Positions 1 to 10,597 of a stretch of DNA of 64,000 nucleotides are shown here, piece by piece (within the stretch, counting starts at the first letter, position 1; each line of letters starts with the position of its first letter). Source of the DNA: a bacterium (GTDB lineage: Bacteria; RBG-13-61-14; DATKZS01); contig CAXXFL010000006.1 of the NCBI GenBank assembly GCA_963674965.2, positions 1,120,001 to 1,184,000 on the forward strand. The letters run 5' to 3'. Under the pieces are notes generated by a model. That model searched no databases. It had not been told where the DNA came from and saw only the letters and a program-made list of their open reading frames with translations. The position numbers were made by a program, and so were the translations under genes.

Positions 1-2040
1 GCCGGGCTCGTCGAAATCGTCGAATACGGGGGCCGGCCAAAGGGACCATGCCAGGCCGCGCCAGCCGGCGCGCTCGTGGATTCTCGGGTCCTCGATCCTG
101 CTCCTGATTCCTTCTCTCAATACGGAGGCCGCGCCGCGCCACTTTTCGACTTCCGTCCGGTCGAAGCCCCACTCTTCTTTCGCCGACCCGGCCGCGGCCA
201 GTCCGGTCAACACGGCCGCGACCCCGTGTAAAGTCGCGTCGGGGGGGAAGCTGTCGTCCTCGATGGCCGGCCTGGTCCAGCCCTGTCTCATGTCCACGTA
301 GTCGCAAAGGGCGTTGGCCGAACGCCTCATGGTGCCCCGGGTTCGACTTATATAGTCGGAGCGCTCCTCCCCGGAGAGGACCCTGGCGTGCCTCCAGAAG
401 TTCCAGACCGAAAGGGCCGTCTCGTCGATCTCGAAGGCCAGAATGGACGGGATCGATCCCGGCGTCCCGTCGGCCGCCATGTTCGAGGGCCAGTGACCCT
501 CAGGCTTGTAAAAAGGAAGACGATAATTGAAGATTCTGACGAAGTCGGGAGCCATGGACCCGGTCATCTGGGTCCGGCGATAGAAGTCGTGGTGGAGGCT
601 GACCTTTTCCGGGAACCCGGCCATGTCCAGGGTCAGGTCGAAAAAGGCGCCGTCGCGGGGCCAGTCGTAGTTATACGCGGGCTGCCTGGAAATGGACGCC
701 ACCACGCATCCCCCTTCCTTGTCCTGCCCCTGAATGAGGTTGACCACCGAGCGCCTGATGACCCGGTCCACCCCCGGGTCGGGGACTTTCGGCGCCTGGA
801 TGGACGACCAGACGGCGCGCCACGAATCGGCCGCCTCGTCGCGATACCTGGCGGCGCCTTCCGCGCGGACCTTCTCGATCATGTCCACCGCGCCGGCCGC
901 CGACTCCGATACCGCGATGGCCAGGGTCACGGTCCGATGGCCCCCTTCCTCGAAATCCTTGACCAGCGCCGAATCGGCCTTGCCAATATAATACGAGGCA
1001 TTCTCAAGCTCCCCGTCCCGCGAGTCCAAGACCCCGCCGGATAAGGCGCCAGTGCCCTTTCCTTCACATGAGTCTGGCCCCACCTGAAAGCCGTCGGAAC
1101 CCTCGATAAAGCCATAGGCGATAAACACGCCGCCCGCCGGGTAAGCCAGGTCGAGAAGCTCGGCCGTGACGCCGCCCGATATAAGTTCCAGAGCGGCCTT
1201 GCGGTCGCGGTCCTCGTGATAGAAATGCACCACCGCGTCGCTTTGGGCAAGATATACGGCCGCGAAGCCGGCCTTCTTGGGATCGGGGTCCGTGTATTCT
1301 CCGGGTCCGGCTTTGAAGGGGGCAAAAGTCCCGTGATAGAAGAAGCGCCGAACCGGTCCGCCAAGGTCATAAGCGCGGACCATGAGGTCCAGGTCGGGAT
1401 GGATGAAGTCCTTGACCGTCATCGTCACGTCGCCGCTTTTTAAAGTGGTGGACAATATGGTCGAGTCGGGCGGCTCGTACTCCCTCGAGCTTTCCCACAC
1501 GGGATCGTGGGCCCACAGCACTGACCCGCTCTCGGTCATGACCGCGCCGGAGGACCCGAGCTCGGGACAGGGTTCGATGGGCCTGGAGTACCGGCGCCAG
1601 TCGGGGGTGGGCGCGTCTTCTCCCATCCTGACGGCGACGGCCTTGGCCAGGGTGATGCCGTTCATCTGGGTGAAATATCTTAGCTGGTCGGTGAAGGTGG
1701 GGTTGGGCCAGCGGAAAACGGCCAACTCTCCCCACGGGGAGACCTCGACGGACAGGCGGCCGTTGCCCAGGGCGGTGGCGTAGTTCGAGGCGCCCATCAT
1801 CGACTCGGCGGCAAGGTCGGCCGCGAAAAGCGCGTCGCCGCCCGACTCCTCGAGGTGGGGCTTCACCATGTTCATGGAGACCTTGTCATAAAGCCATTTC
1901 ACGCCCGGCCAAACGGGAACGAAAGGCTCGGAAGCCTCGCCTCCTTTCGCTCCGGCGTCGATCGCCGCCCCGGAAAACATCAAAGCCGCTAAAAGGAACG
2001 CCGCCGCGATCCGTACTTTTAATTTTTTGGTTCGAGCCAT
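1..2040 (-). CDS. Secreted glycoside hydrolase family 15 (glucoamylase/trehalase-like), 3' end runs off the window start
   Basis: Not in the ORF track; translated by hand in segments. ATG at 2040 with SD GGGAGGAG; signal peptide MARTKKLKVRIAAAFLLAALMF; GNGRLSVEVSPWGEL; GH15-type YNYDWPRDG and EIDETA motifs. Confidence 0.8.
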   Translation of the reverse strand, partial: MARTKKLKVRIAAAFLLAALMFSGAAIDAGAKGGEASEPFVPVWPGVKWLYDKVSMNMVKPHLEESGGDALFAADLAAESMMGASNYATALGNGRLSVEVSPWGELAVFRWPNPTFTDQLRYFTQMNGITLAKAVAVRMGEDAPTPDWRRYSRPIEPCPELGSSGAVMTESGSVLWAHDPVWESSREYEPPDSTILSTTLKSGDVTMTVKDFIHPDLDLMVRAYDLGGPVRRFFYHGTFAPFKAGPGEYTDPDPKKAGFAAVYLAQSDAVVHFYHEDRDRKAALELISGGVTAELLDLAYPAGGVFIAYGFIEGSDGFQVGPDSCEGKGTGALSGGVLDSRDGELENASYYIGKADSALVKDFEEGGHRTVTLAIAVSESAAGAVDMIEKVRAEGAARYRDEAADSWRAVWSSIQAPKVPDPGVDRVIRRSVVNLIQGQDKEGGCVVASISRQPAYNYDWPRDGAFFDLTLDMAGFPEKVSLHHDFYRRTQMTGSMAPDFVRIFNYRLPFYKPEGHWPSNMAADGTPGSIPSILAFEIDETALSVWNFWRHARVLSGEERSDYISRTRGTMRRSANALCDYVDMRQGWTRPAIEDDSFPPDATLHGVAAVLTGLAAAGSAKEEWGFDRTEVEKWRGAASVLREGIRSRIEDPRIHERAGWRGLAWSLWPAPVFDDFDEPG

Positions 2041-2204
2041 TTTGCTCCTCCCTCCGCCGCGCCCCGCCAAGCGCGTTTCAGGTGTTTTTCAAACATGTTA
2101 TGATGAAGTTGGAAATCTGCCCAAAAACGTCTGGAGGCAAAGGATGATCGACCGTTTTTATCTGGAGATGAGCTTCATGCAGACCCACGGGCCGGCCATC
2201 CCAT

Positions 2205-2387
2205 CCCGACGGCGAGGTCACCTACGGCTCCGGCTCCCATACGAACGAGCTGGTTATGGTATACGCCATCGGGCCCGGATCGAAAGGATTCACCACCCGC
2301 CAGGGCTCGTGGCGCTCCGGCACGACCCTTTTCAACAACTCCATGATCTTCGACGTCATGGCCGCCTCCACGGGAATCGAGAGGTAA
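2205..2387 (+). pseudogene. C-terminal fragment of alkaline phosphatase
   Basis: Reads PDGEVTYGSGSHTNELVMVYAIGPGSKGF...NNSMIFDVM, matching the AP C-terminal HTxExVxVYAxGPG...NxxIF pattern. No start codon; in-frame stop just upstream. Confidence 0.6.
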
Positions 2388-2414
2388 AAAACAACAACAA
2401 AATATCAGCCGTGC

Positions 2415-4118
2415 TTACCGCTTTTTCCCTCGACATGCCTCCAGAAGGATACGAAATAAGTAACCTCGATTCTTTTTCAATGCTAATATTAAAGGAGTTT
2501 GACCTTTCGCGTTCCTGGCTTTAATATCAGCGCCATGTTCCAATAAAAGTCGAATAACTCGATCATTGTCTATTTGTGTGGGTCCGGTAACGGCTTTGTG
2601 CAAGGGAGTATCACCATAGGCATCTTGCGAGTTCACCTTGGCTCCGTGCTCGAGAAGGATTCTTGCAATTTCAGTATTACCCCAAGTTGAAACTTCATGC
2701 AAGGGGTAAGTTCCGAACTCGGCGCTCCCTGAAAATTTGCCGGAGCGGACATTTCCATCAAACTCCTCTTTGCCCTCTTCACTCATTCTCGCGTTCACGT
2801 CGGCGCCCGCGTCGATTAGAGTCTTCACAACTTCCGAGCGTCCGCGAGCGGCGGCTTTGTAAAGAGCGGTTCGGCCCCGATTATCCACCGCGTCGACCTT
2901 AGCCCCATGTTTGAGCAGAAGTTTGACGATCTCGTCGTGGCCGCAAGAGGCGGCATTCATCAAGGGAGTCACTCCATCCTCGTCGGCGCTATTGACGTCG
3001 GCGCCTTTCTCGATAAAGAGCTCGGCGAGATTGATTTTTCCAAACGACGCCGCGGGATGGAGCGTTGAAGTGCCACTGTCGGATATAAACTTTGCATCCG
3101 CTCCATTTTCGATGAGGAAAACCGCTGTTTTATAATCCTGCTCCCATCCGCGTGCAATCAATTGGTCCCTGGCCACCCGTTGGCCGTCATCCGTTTCATT
3201 GCGGGCGTTTGCTGAGTCATTATTCCGTTTCCATGCCACGCAATATAGATAACCATTGTTTACATCTACTCCACTCTCAATCAGGAGCGCGGCAATCTCC
3301 AGATCGTTGTTCATGACCGCTAATAAAAAAGGAGTGCGGCCATCGTCGTCTTTCGCTTCCACGTCCGCGTTATGATCGACCAGGAATCGGCATACGTCCA
3401 AATGCCCGGCCGTCACGGCATAATGAAGCGGCGTTCTTTCAGGGTCTTTGGCGTTTACAAGCTCCGGGTCTCGGTCGACAATCTCCTTAACTTCCTCTAA
3501 GAGGCCCATGGCTGAAGCGGTGAAGACGTCGTGCTCGGCTCCGTGGGATAACAGTAGACCGTAAATATTCTCGTGTCCCATTCTGGCGGCGTAATGAAGG
3601 GGGGAATATCCGAGATTATCCACCGCGTTCACGTCCGCCCCTTTTCCGATGAGGAACTCAGCGTATTCTTTATTTCCGCCTGAAGCGGCGTTATGTAGCG
3701 CCGTCTCACCCCAGCAAAAATTTTTGGAATTAATATCGGCTCCATAATCAAGTAAGATTGAAATGATCTTTCCATGGTCCTCCCACTCCGCGGAATGCAA
3801 TGGAGTATTTTTATACGAATCGACCTTGTTAACGTCCATCCCGATCTCACAGAAATATTTAACAACGTCCCCGTGTCCGAAAGAAGCCGCCATGTGAAGG
3901 GGTCCGCCTTTTCCTTTGAACTCGAAATCAAGCAACTCTGGACTTTTTTTCACCATTTTCTTAATCCGTTTGAGATCCCCCTCCTCGAGGGCTCGATAAT
4001 AGCGTATCTCCTCCTCGGTCATCTTCTGGGGCCAGTCGGTGACACTAAAAAAACATGAAGCTCCAGATAAAAGAAGCATTGCTATAAGTACTATAATGTG
4101 GTTTCTCTTCCTCAACAC
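2415..4118 (-). CDS. Exported ankyrin-repeat protein
   Basis: Many TPLHxAA/GADVNA repeats; hydrophobic N-terminus ending in Cys; GTG start with GGAGG SD. Confidence 0.92.
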   Translation of the reverse strand: MLRKRNHIIVLIAMLLLSGASCFFSVTDWPQKMTEEEIRYYRALEEGDLKRIKKMVKKSPELLDFEFKGKGGPLHMAASFGHGDVVKYFCEIGMDVNKVDSYKNTPLHSAEWEDHGKIISILLDYGADINSKNFCWGETALHNAASGGNKEYAEFLIGKGADVNAVDNLGYSPLHYAARMGHENIYGLLLSHGAEHDVFTASAMGLLEEVKEIVDRDPELVNAKDPERTPLHYAVTAGHLDVCRFLVDHNADVEAKDDDGRTPFLLAVMNNDLEIAALLIESGVDVNNGYLYCVAWKRNNDSANARNETDDGQRVARDQLIARGWEQDYKTAVFLIENGADAKFISDSGTSTLHPAASFGKINLAELFIEKGADVNSADEDGVTPLMNAASCGHDEIVKLLLKHGAKVDAVDNRGRTALYKAAARGRSEVVKTLIDAGADVNARMSEEGKEEFDGNVRSGKFSGSAEFGTYPLHEVSTWGNTEIARILLEHGAKVNSQDAYGDTPLHKAVTGPTQIDNDRVIRLLLEHGADIKARNAKGQTPLILALKKNRGYLFRILLEACRGKKR

Positions 4119-4368
4119 CGCCTCCGGTGGAGAATACTCTCAAAAATAAAGTAGCTATCCATTTTATGAGGATCATCTCTCATATTGCCCATCATTATAT
4201 CTATTTGACTCAATGGAATACAAATACGCCTCCTGCCAGAGCCCGGATATCGCGCTATATGGCGGCCGCGCTCGAACGGCCGGGATTCCCCTCGTTTGCT
4301 TTGATGGCTTTTCGGTCCGATAATAAGGTAAATCGTGGTTGGCCTTGGGCCTAGGACAAGGAGGCGGT

Positions 4369-5832
4369 ATGGAACTTGACCGGCTTTTCTACCCGAAAAA
4401 GATAGCCGTAGTGGGAGCTTCCGGCCGATTAGGCGGCGGCAAAATCCCTTTTTATCAGATAGTTAAGAAGGCGGGCTTTGGCGGTCCCATATATCCGGTT
4501 AACCCCAAGTACGACGATATTGACGGCGAGAAATGCTACAAGTCCCTGGCCGACGTGCCCGAGGGCGTGGACCTGGCCATCTGCTCCGTGCCCGCCCGCT
4601 TTGCCCTGGACACGCTCAGGATCGCGGTGGAAAAGAAGATCGGTTTCGTGCATTTTTTCACCTCGGGCTTTTCCGAGCTTGGCAACCGGGACCTGGAAAA
4701 AGACCTGATCGAGGCCGCCCGCAAGGGAGAGACCAGGATAGTGGGACCCAACTGCATCGGCGTCCACTGCGCACAGTCCCGGGTCACCTTCGATTTCCAG
4801 ATGCTGGACTGGAATGAGGACGCGAAAAAGGCGGAGGCCGATCAAAGCTTCGACGTCAAGTTCCGCATGGACGGCCCGGGCGACACGGCTTTTCTGGGTC
4901 AGTCCGGCGGCGTGACCAGCAACTTCGCGGTCATGACCCGGGCGCGCCACGTCCGGCTCAACAAGGCGGTAAGCTACGGTAACCAGATAGACATTCGGGC
5001 GGAGGACTACGTACGGTATTTCGCGGCCGACGAAAATATCAAGGTGATCGCGGCTTACATCGAGGACGTCAAGGACGGCCGGGCCTTTTTCGAGGTCCTC
5101 CGCCAGACCACGCCCGAGAAGCCGGTGGTTATCTTAAAGGGCGGCTCGACGGACGCGGGAGCGAGGGCGGCGGCCAGCCATACGGGCGCCATGGCTGGCC
5201 GGTCGGCCATCTGGCGGTCGGCCATGCGCCAGCTTCGGTGCATCGAGGTGGACACTCCCGAGGAGCAGCTTGACGTGGTCATGATGGCGACCTCGGCCAA
5301 GACCCCGAAGGGACCGAGGCTGGGCTACCTGGGAGCGGGCGGCGGAACGTCGGTGATCTTTACCGACCTGGCCGAGAAACACGGACTTCAAATGCCCGAG
5401 CTTTCCCCCCGGACGCGGGAAACCATCTCGGCTAAAATACCCGACGTCAACACCAGCACCAGGAACCCCGTTGACCTCGGGGCCTTCGGTTTCGACACTC
5501 GGATCATGAAGCACGCCATGGACGCCATGGACCCGGACCCCAGGGTGGACGTGATCGTGCCCTATTTTTCCCTCGACTTTATCAGCCTTTATCCCGACGA
5601 GTTGATAATCAAGGGGCTTACATCTTTTACCAACGACGCCATGAAGCTCGAAAAGCCCGTGGTCCCCATCCTGACCAAGGCGGCCGACGAGAAACCACGC
5701 CTCGAGTACCTAAGGCTCATGGCCCTCGCCATTTTCCGCCGGGCCGGGATGCCGGTCTACTACAACCTGCAGGACGCGATCAGGGCCATCTCCGCCGTGC
5801 TGCAATGGAGCGAGAACGGCAAAAGAGAATGA
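4369..5832 (+). CDS. Acyl-CoA synthetase (NDP-forming), CoA-binding alpha-type subunit
   Basis: IAVVGAS, YPVNP, GPNCIG, QSGG, SYGNQ, ASHTGAMAG (phospho-His) and NPVDL motifs; AAGGAGG SD before ATG 4369. Confidence 0.9.
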   Translation: MELDRLFYPKKIAVVGASGRLGGGKIPFYQIVKKAGFGGPIYPVNPKYDDIDGEKCYKSLADVPEGVDLAICSVPARFALDTLRIAVEKKIGFVHFFTSGFSELGNRDLEKDLIEAARKGETRIVGPNCIGVHCAQSRVTFDFQMLDWNEDAKKAEADQSFDVKFRMDGPGDTAFLGQSGGVTSNFAVMTRARHVRLNKAVSYGNQIDIRAEDYVRYFAADENIKVIAAYIEDVKDGRAFFEVLRQTTPEKPVVILKGGSTDAGARAAASHTGAMAGRSAIWRSAMRQLRCIEVDTPEEQLDVVMMATSAKTPKGPRLGYLGAGGGTSVIFTDLAEKHGLQMPELSPRTRETISAKIPDVNTSTRNPVDLGAFGFDTRIMKHAMDAMDPDPRVDVIVPYFSLDFISLYPDELIIKGLTSFTNDAMKLEKPVVPILTKAADEKPRLEYLRLMALAIFRRAGMPVYYNLQDAIRAISAVLQWSENGKRE

Positions 5833-6159
5833 CGCGGTCTTGGCCCAAGCGGCCGGGAACCGCCGGCGGGCGAGGAATTGCAAGTAACTCTCCAGGCGAT
5901 CGGCCGTTTCAGGCCGCTTCAGGAGCCAAAGTCATCGGTCAAAACAAAAGCGAACCACATGCTCCCGTAACCTCCTGACCTTCAAAGAAATATATAGGCA
6001 TTCAGCGAAATCGGAGGCAAGATAGTTCTTCATCTTTTTCGCGCCGCCGCGGTTTTCAAGGGAGATTGCGTAGGGGAGTTTTCCGCTCCCGTCTTTAACA
6101 TAACGCTCTTAAATATTCGTCCAGGATACAGAATTTACACGTCGTGCATTCTCTGAACC

Positions 6160-6345
6160 GTATTTTAAAAATACATGACGTAACCGGTTAAATACAATGT
6201 GTTTTGTGAACGCCTTCCAGTAATGGACTTTATATTTATCGCAAAAGAAATATCAATATTTCGATATTTATAAATATCACGCGTGCAATACGATAAATAT
6301 AATAAATGAACGAAAAGCCGACGTCAAGAGAAATCTTATCGATAA
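6160..6345. promoter_or_regulatory. Cluster of AT-rich dyads in a long intergenic region (putative operator sites)
   Basis: TAACCGGTTA 6181-6190; GATATTTATAAATATC 6263-6278; 12-bp inverted pair 6230-6241/6291-6302; TTATCGATAA 6336-6345. Confidence 0.3.
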
Positions 6346-6598
6346 AACGATATTTTATTGATGACTTGGGTCGGGCCATGAAAAATGGACGCCGCCTGGA
6401 TACCAATAATATCCAAATTATTTAATAGGATTAAGCCGAAAAATAACGCCGAGTTTGTACCTTTTCAATTTGAAATTATTATCGGAATACCCACTGGAAT
6501 AATGTTGAAAAACGGCCAGGATCAATGGAAATTTCTATTGATTTTCTGGTGAAATATAACTTCGGAATTATTGCCGGGAAAAAGCTAGGGCGGCGAAA

Positions 6599-7168
6599 TT
6601 ACCATTTTACACTCAGGCTGTGGGTCACCTTATTCTCGGAGGATTCCTCGGTTAGTTCGAAAACGGCCTCGGGATACCCGGACATCTCTATCAGCCTCTC
6701 GATACACCCGCAAATCTGCTCGATATAAGCGTCCGTTCCCGGGTCGGTGGGTTTGGAATAAATGTTTACTACTGCTTCCCTTTCCGAGGGGAACCCCACG
6801 TCAAAGGCCTCGAAGGAATAAAAATTATGCTGAATCTGGACGTATCGTTTCAGAGTTTCCAGCGGCCTTCCCTTGCCGATCATGGCCGGGTAATCGGCAA
6901 CGAGTTCATCGGCCTGAGATTTCCCGAGCGCCCTCGCCAGGGGGAGGCTTTCTCGTCCTACCAGCTTGAAGACGGCCATCCCCGCTCTCTGGAAGAACCC
7001 CATGGGATACCAGGAAGCGGGAAGTACCATTTGTTCGATCTTGCTCTTGTCGTCAGCCGTCAGGTAATCGCCCCAGGGAAGATTAGGGGACGACCGGATA
7101 ATCTTGACGTAATTAAGGACCAGGTTCCCTTTCACGTGTCTTCCGGCAAGTTTGCTTTTTTGTACCAT
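6599..7168 (-). CDS. Conserved hypothetical protein, DUF2378/TIGR02265-like
   Basis: VKG at the N-terminus and LPASWYP motif; C-terminal GCIERLIEMSG...VKW resembles V4R/HNOB-like folds. Start uncertain. Confidence 0.55.
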   Translation of the reverse strand: MVQKSKLAGRHVKGNLVLNYVKIIRSSPNLPWGDYLTADDKSKIEQMVLPASWYPMGFFQRAGMAVFKLVGRESLPLARALGKSQADELVADYPAMIGKGRPLETLKRYVQIQHNFYSFEAFDVGFPSEREAVVNIYSKPTDPGTDAYIEQICGCIERLIEMSGYPEAVFELTEESSENKVTHSLSVKW

Positions 7169-7404
7169 ATAGAGGAATCTATACCAAACTTGAATCAAGA
7201 TCAATAGGCAAGGCAATTATTTTCCCCTGGCTCTATCCTCACGGCTACCCGAAGAAGGCGTCAATACCTAAACAGCTAATATAAATGATAATATTTTATT
7301 AACGGAAAGTTGGGATAAATGCGGCCGTTAAATAAAGTGGTCATGCAATGTACAAAAAGCCCAACCAGCTTTCGGAATTTATTTCAATGGTAAATGCAAA
7401 ATAT

Positions 7405-9915
7405 TTACTGGCCAGCTCCGGCCTTGGCGCCGCTGAGAGATTCTCTGATTTTTGCCGCGAGCGTTTTCTTGGTAAAGGGCTTCTCTATGAAGTTTTCATA
7501 CATGCCCGGCCCGCCTCGCGCCAGGACGGTCTCGTCGGAGTATCCTGACATGAAAAGGGTCTTCATTTGCGGGTTCATTTTGGAAAGCTCGACGGCCAGT
7601 TCTCCCCCCTTTTTGCCGCGGATGACCACGTCGGCCAGGGTCAGGTCGATCTTACCCCGGTTTCGCTTCCCAATATCGATCGCTTCCTCGCCGCTTCCGG
7701 CCTCGAGCACCTTATAACCGCACTCGGTCAACATCTTTTTGGCCACCATTCTGATCGAGCTTTCATCCTCCACGATGAGGATGGTTTCTCCCGCCGACGT
7801 TTTATCGTCACAAAGATCGGGGACTTTCTGGGCTTTGGCCTCCTCGTCGGCCAGGGGCAGATACACTCGAAAGGTAGACCCCAAACCGGGACGGCTCGAG
7901 ACGGTTATGTCGCCGCCTGACTGCCTCGCAATCCCGTAAACGGTGGACAGCCCAAGGCCCGTGCCCCGGCCTTGTTCCTTGGTAGTGAAAAAAGGCTCGA
8001 AAATCTGGCCCTTTACGACGTCATCCATACCGAGGCCCGTGTCCGTGACCGAAAGGGACGCAAAGGCCGCGGCCCGACCGGCGCCTGGAGTTATTTGCTT
8101 TATGGCCTCGGCGGCGGCGACTTTTAAAGTCTCGATGAACACTTTTCCTCCCCGGGGCATGGCGTCGCGGGCGTTTATTACCAGGTTTAGCAGTATCTGT
8201 TCGATCTGGATGGGATCGGCCTTGATGTTTAGCTCCTTTTCCCAAAGACCGGTCTGAAGCTCGATATCCTCGCCTAAAAGCCTGACCAGCATTTTCTGCA
8301 CGCCGCTCACGCACTCGTTTAAGTCCATTATTTTAGGACGTATCATCGTTTTCCTGCTGAAGGTCAGAAGCTGGCGGGTAAGCGATGCCCCGCTTTCCCC
8401 GGCGGCCCTTAAAAGCTCGAGGTCTTCCCTTATTGCCCGGTCGTCGCCCATCCTCTCGAAAAGACCGTCGCATACGGCGAGGATCACCGTAAGCTGGTTG
8501 TTGAAATCATGGGCCACGCCGCCGGCCAACTTGCCGATGGCGTTCATCTTTTGGGCGTGAAGAAGCTGCTCCTCCAGTTTCTTGCGCTCGCCGATGTCCG
8601 TTATTATGGCCCGGCTCTCGATCACGTTTCCATGTTCTCCGATAATGGGATGCAAACACAACAGCCCGTGAACTTCCGCGCCAATCACGCTTTGGGCCAG
8701 AATTTCCAGGTTGTCGATCCGACGCCCGTCTTCTATCAGTTCTCCGATAGTCTCCCGGTCGCCCGGCGCCGCCTCGGAAATCAGGTCGATAAACCTCATG
8801 CCCCGCAAATGGGCGGCTTCAAGGCCAAACATCTTTCCCGCCGCCTTGTTGGCCTGGCGGATTTTTCCTTCCCCGCCGATGGTCAGATACGCGGCGGGGG
8901 CCCCGTCGTAAAGGTCCTGGTACCTTGCCTCGGAATCAAGAAGCGCCCTTTGCGCTTCTTCCCGCTCGTCAATCTCCTTTTTCAGCATGATATTCGCCTG
9001 GGTCAGGCGCTTTGTTCTTCTTTTTACTCTTCCCTCGAGTTCTTCATTGGCCTTCCGAAGGCCCCTCTGGGCCCTGGTCAGATCGGTAACGTCATGGAAA
9101 AGAGCGACAAAGCCCTTGAACTTGCCGCTGACGTCGAGCATTTTCTTCAGCTTTACCCGGTAGTTAAACTCCGCCCCCCCGCTCGATACCCGCTTTTCCA
9201 CCTCCAGCTGCTCATCGCCGGAGCGGACCAGACTTTCAATGTCATCGGAAATCCAATCGAAGCCGGGAGCGCAATCTTCATCGCTATAATAACTGGCGCC
9301 GGGAACTCCCCCCTGGCAAAACCTTTCCTGAGCCGCGTGGTTCATGCCGATTACGTTACACTTCTTGTCGAACAGGACCGCGGGATCGTAAAGGCTTTCG
9401 AATATGGTAAGGTACTTGTTCTTCTCGTTGGTCATGCGGCGGTTGGTGGACTGCAACTCCCTGGTCTTCTCTCCCTCGCCTAGGGCGGCCCATTCCATGC
9501 AGAAACCCAACTCCACCCTGTCGAAAAAGCGGTCGATATACCGGCAGGCCATCTCTTTTCGAGCGGCCTCGAAATCCGAATCTCCTATGAGGTCGATATA
9601 GCTCTGGCGGTAGTACTTCATGAGACCCAGGAACATGCCCAGCGTAACGCCCCGTTTCCTGTGGCGTTTGGCCTCGAGGATACCGAAGGCCGCGATCGGG
9701 TCGATCGAGTAATCCTCCTCCGGCGAGAGCTCGGGAGGAGAAGAGGAAGTGACAAGCGCATCGATTAACGACTCGGATAGCCTGGAAACCGAAACGCGCC
9801 AAGCCTCGGCCAGGGTCGAGGTATACTTGACGTATCCCCGTTCCCGGGCGTAGCCGATTACGCGCTGGATGATCCAGTCCTCGCTCGACTCGATAAGGGC
9901 CGCCATGGCTTCCAT
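7405..9915 (-). CDS. Cytoplasmic hybrid sensor histidine kinase (N-terminal helical sensor, PAS x2, HisKA, HATPase, REC)
   Basis: GGVAHDFNN, NLVINARDAM, EPFFTTK, GTGLGL, ILIVEDE, FMSGY and KPF motifs. Confidence 0.95.
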   Translation of the reverse strand: MEAMAALIESSEDWIIQRVIGYARERGYVKYTSTLAEAWRVSVSRLSESLIDALVTSSSPPELSPEEDYSIDPIAAFGILEAKRHRKRGVTLGMFLGLMKYYRQSYIDLIGDSDFEAARKEMACRYIDRFFDRVELGFCMEWAALGEGEKTRELQSTNRRMTNEKNKYLTIFESLYDPAVLFDKKCNVIGMNHAAQERFCQGGVPGASYYSDEDCAPGFDWISDDIESLVRSGDEQLEVEKRVSSGGAEFNYRVKLKKMLDVSGKFKGFVALFHDVTDLTRAQRGLRKANEELEGRVKRRTKRLTQANIMLKKEIDEREEAQRALLDSEARYQDLYDGAPAAYLTIGGEGKIRQANKAAGKMFGLEAAHLRGMRFIDLISEAAPGDRETIGELIEDGRRIDNLEILAQSVIGAEVHGLLCLHPIIGEHGNVIESRAIITDIGERKKLEEQLLHAQKMNAIGKLAGGVAHDFNNQLTVILAVCDGLFERMGDDRAIREDLELLRAAGESGASLTRQLLTFSRKTMIRPKIMDLNECVSGVQKMLVRLLGEDIELQTGLWEKELNIKADPIQIEQILLNLVINARDAMPRGGKVFIETLKVAAAEAIKQITPGAGRAAAFASLSVTDTGLGMDDVVKGQIFEPFFTTKEQGRGTGLGLSTVYGIARQSGGDITVSSRPGLGSTFRVYLPLADEEAKAQKVPDLCDDKTSAGETILIVEDESSIRMVAKKMLTECGYKVLEAGSGEEAIDIGKRNRGKIDLTLADVVIRGKKGGELAVELSKMNPQMKTLFMSGYSDETVLARGGPGMYENFIEKPFTKKTLAAKIRESLSGAKAGAGQ

Positions 9916-10363
9916 GCGCTTCGCCTTTCAAACCGGGCGATAAAGATCGCCTTCTAAATGGCCAACAACTTCGGCGTTTTGGGAGTCCCCGTCTCCTCAT
10001 TTATCCAGAGAGTGGAAATAATTTGCTTTTCGATGCGTCGAGCGCGAGCGTCAACTTCGTGAGCGGTCTCGTGGGGTATATGGTTTTGACGTTAACGACG
10101 TTCCTTCCCTACGGCACGGAAGTCGCGATCGTTCCTCTTCCCGAATCTCAGTCGAAACCGCCAGGTAAGATCGAATATCACATTATCATATATTTTTTAA
10201 AAGGCAAGCAAAAAAAGTATAAAAGGAAAACGCATATGCGTCGGCCCAGCGGCCTCGGCGCGAGGGTAACCATGAGGCCGCCAAGCCGCCGGCCAAACAA
10301 GATTCGGCGCCGCGGCGCCTTGCGAGGTTGTCCTATATAGAGCGCGCCCTTGTCCCCGCACCA

Positions 10364-10440
10364 ATAAGCCCCGTCACCCACGCAAGATGCGTGGGCGACC
10401 CGGAATGGTGGCGGCCGGAAGTTTGGCAAACCCCTCAAGA
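10364..10440. repeat. REP-like repeat, right (R) module
   Basis: CACCCACGCAAGATGCGTGGGCGACCCGGAATGGTGGCGGCCGGAAGTTTGGCAAACCCCTCA, near-identical to 15058-15120. Confidence 0.85.
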
Positions 10441-10597
10441 CCGTGTAGCCCATCTCGCGAGCCGTCGGCGAACTCTTCGAAAAAACCCGGGCCATGCTCG
10501 AAAGACTTCATCGCGTCCAAATCCTCCAGGTCTCTAACCGGGCCGAGTTTTTTCGAACCGCTGGGCGCCCCGTCTTTTTCATGATCGGAAGAGTTGC

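Noticed and set aside
388-1783. Several overlapping ORFs in the track
   Set aside because: Shadows of the minus-strand GH15 gene, which the track missed because it leaves the window.
2027-2524. 165-aa plus-strand ORF
   Set aside because: Overlaps both neighbours and has no motif; the real signal is in another frame.
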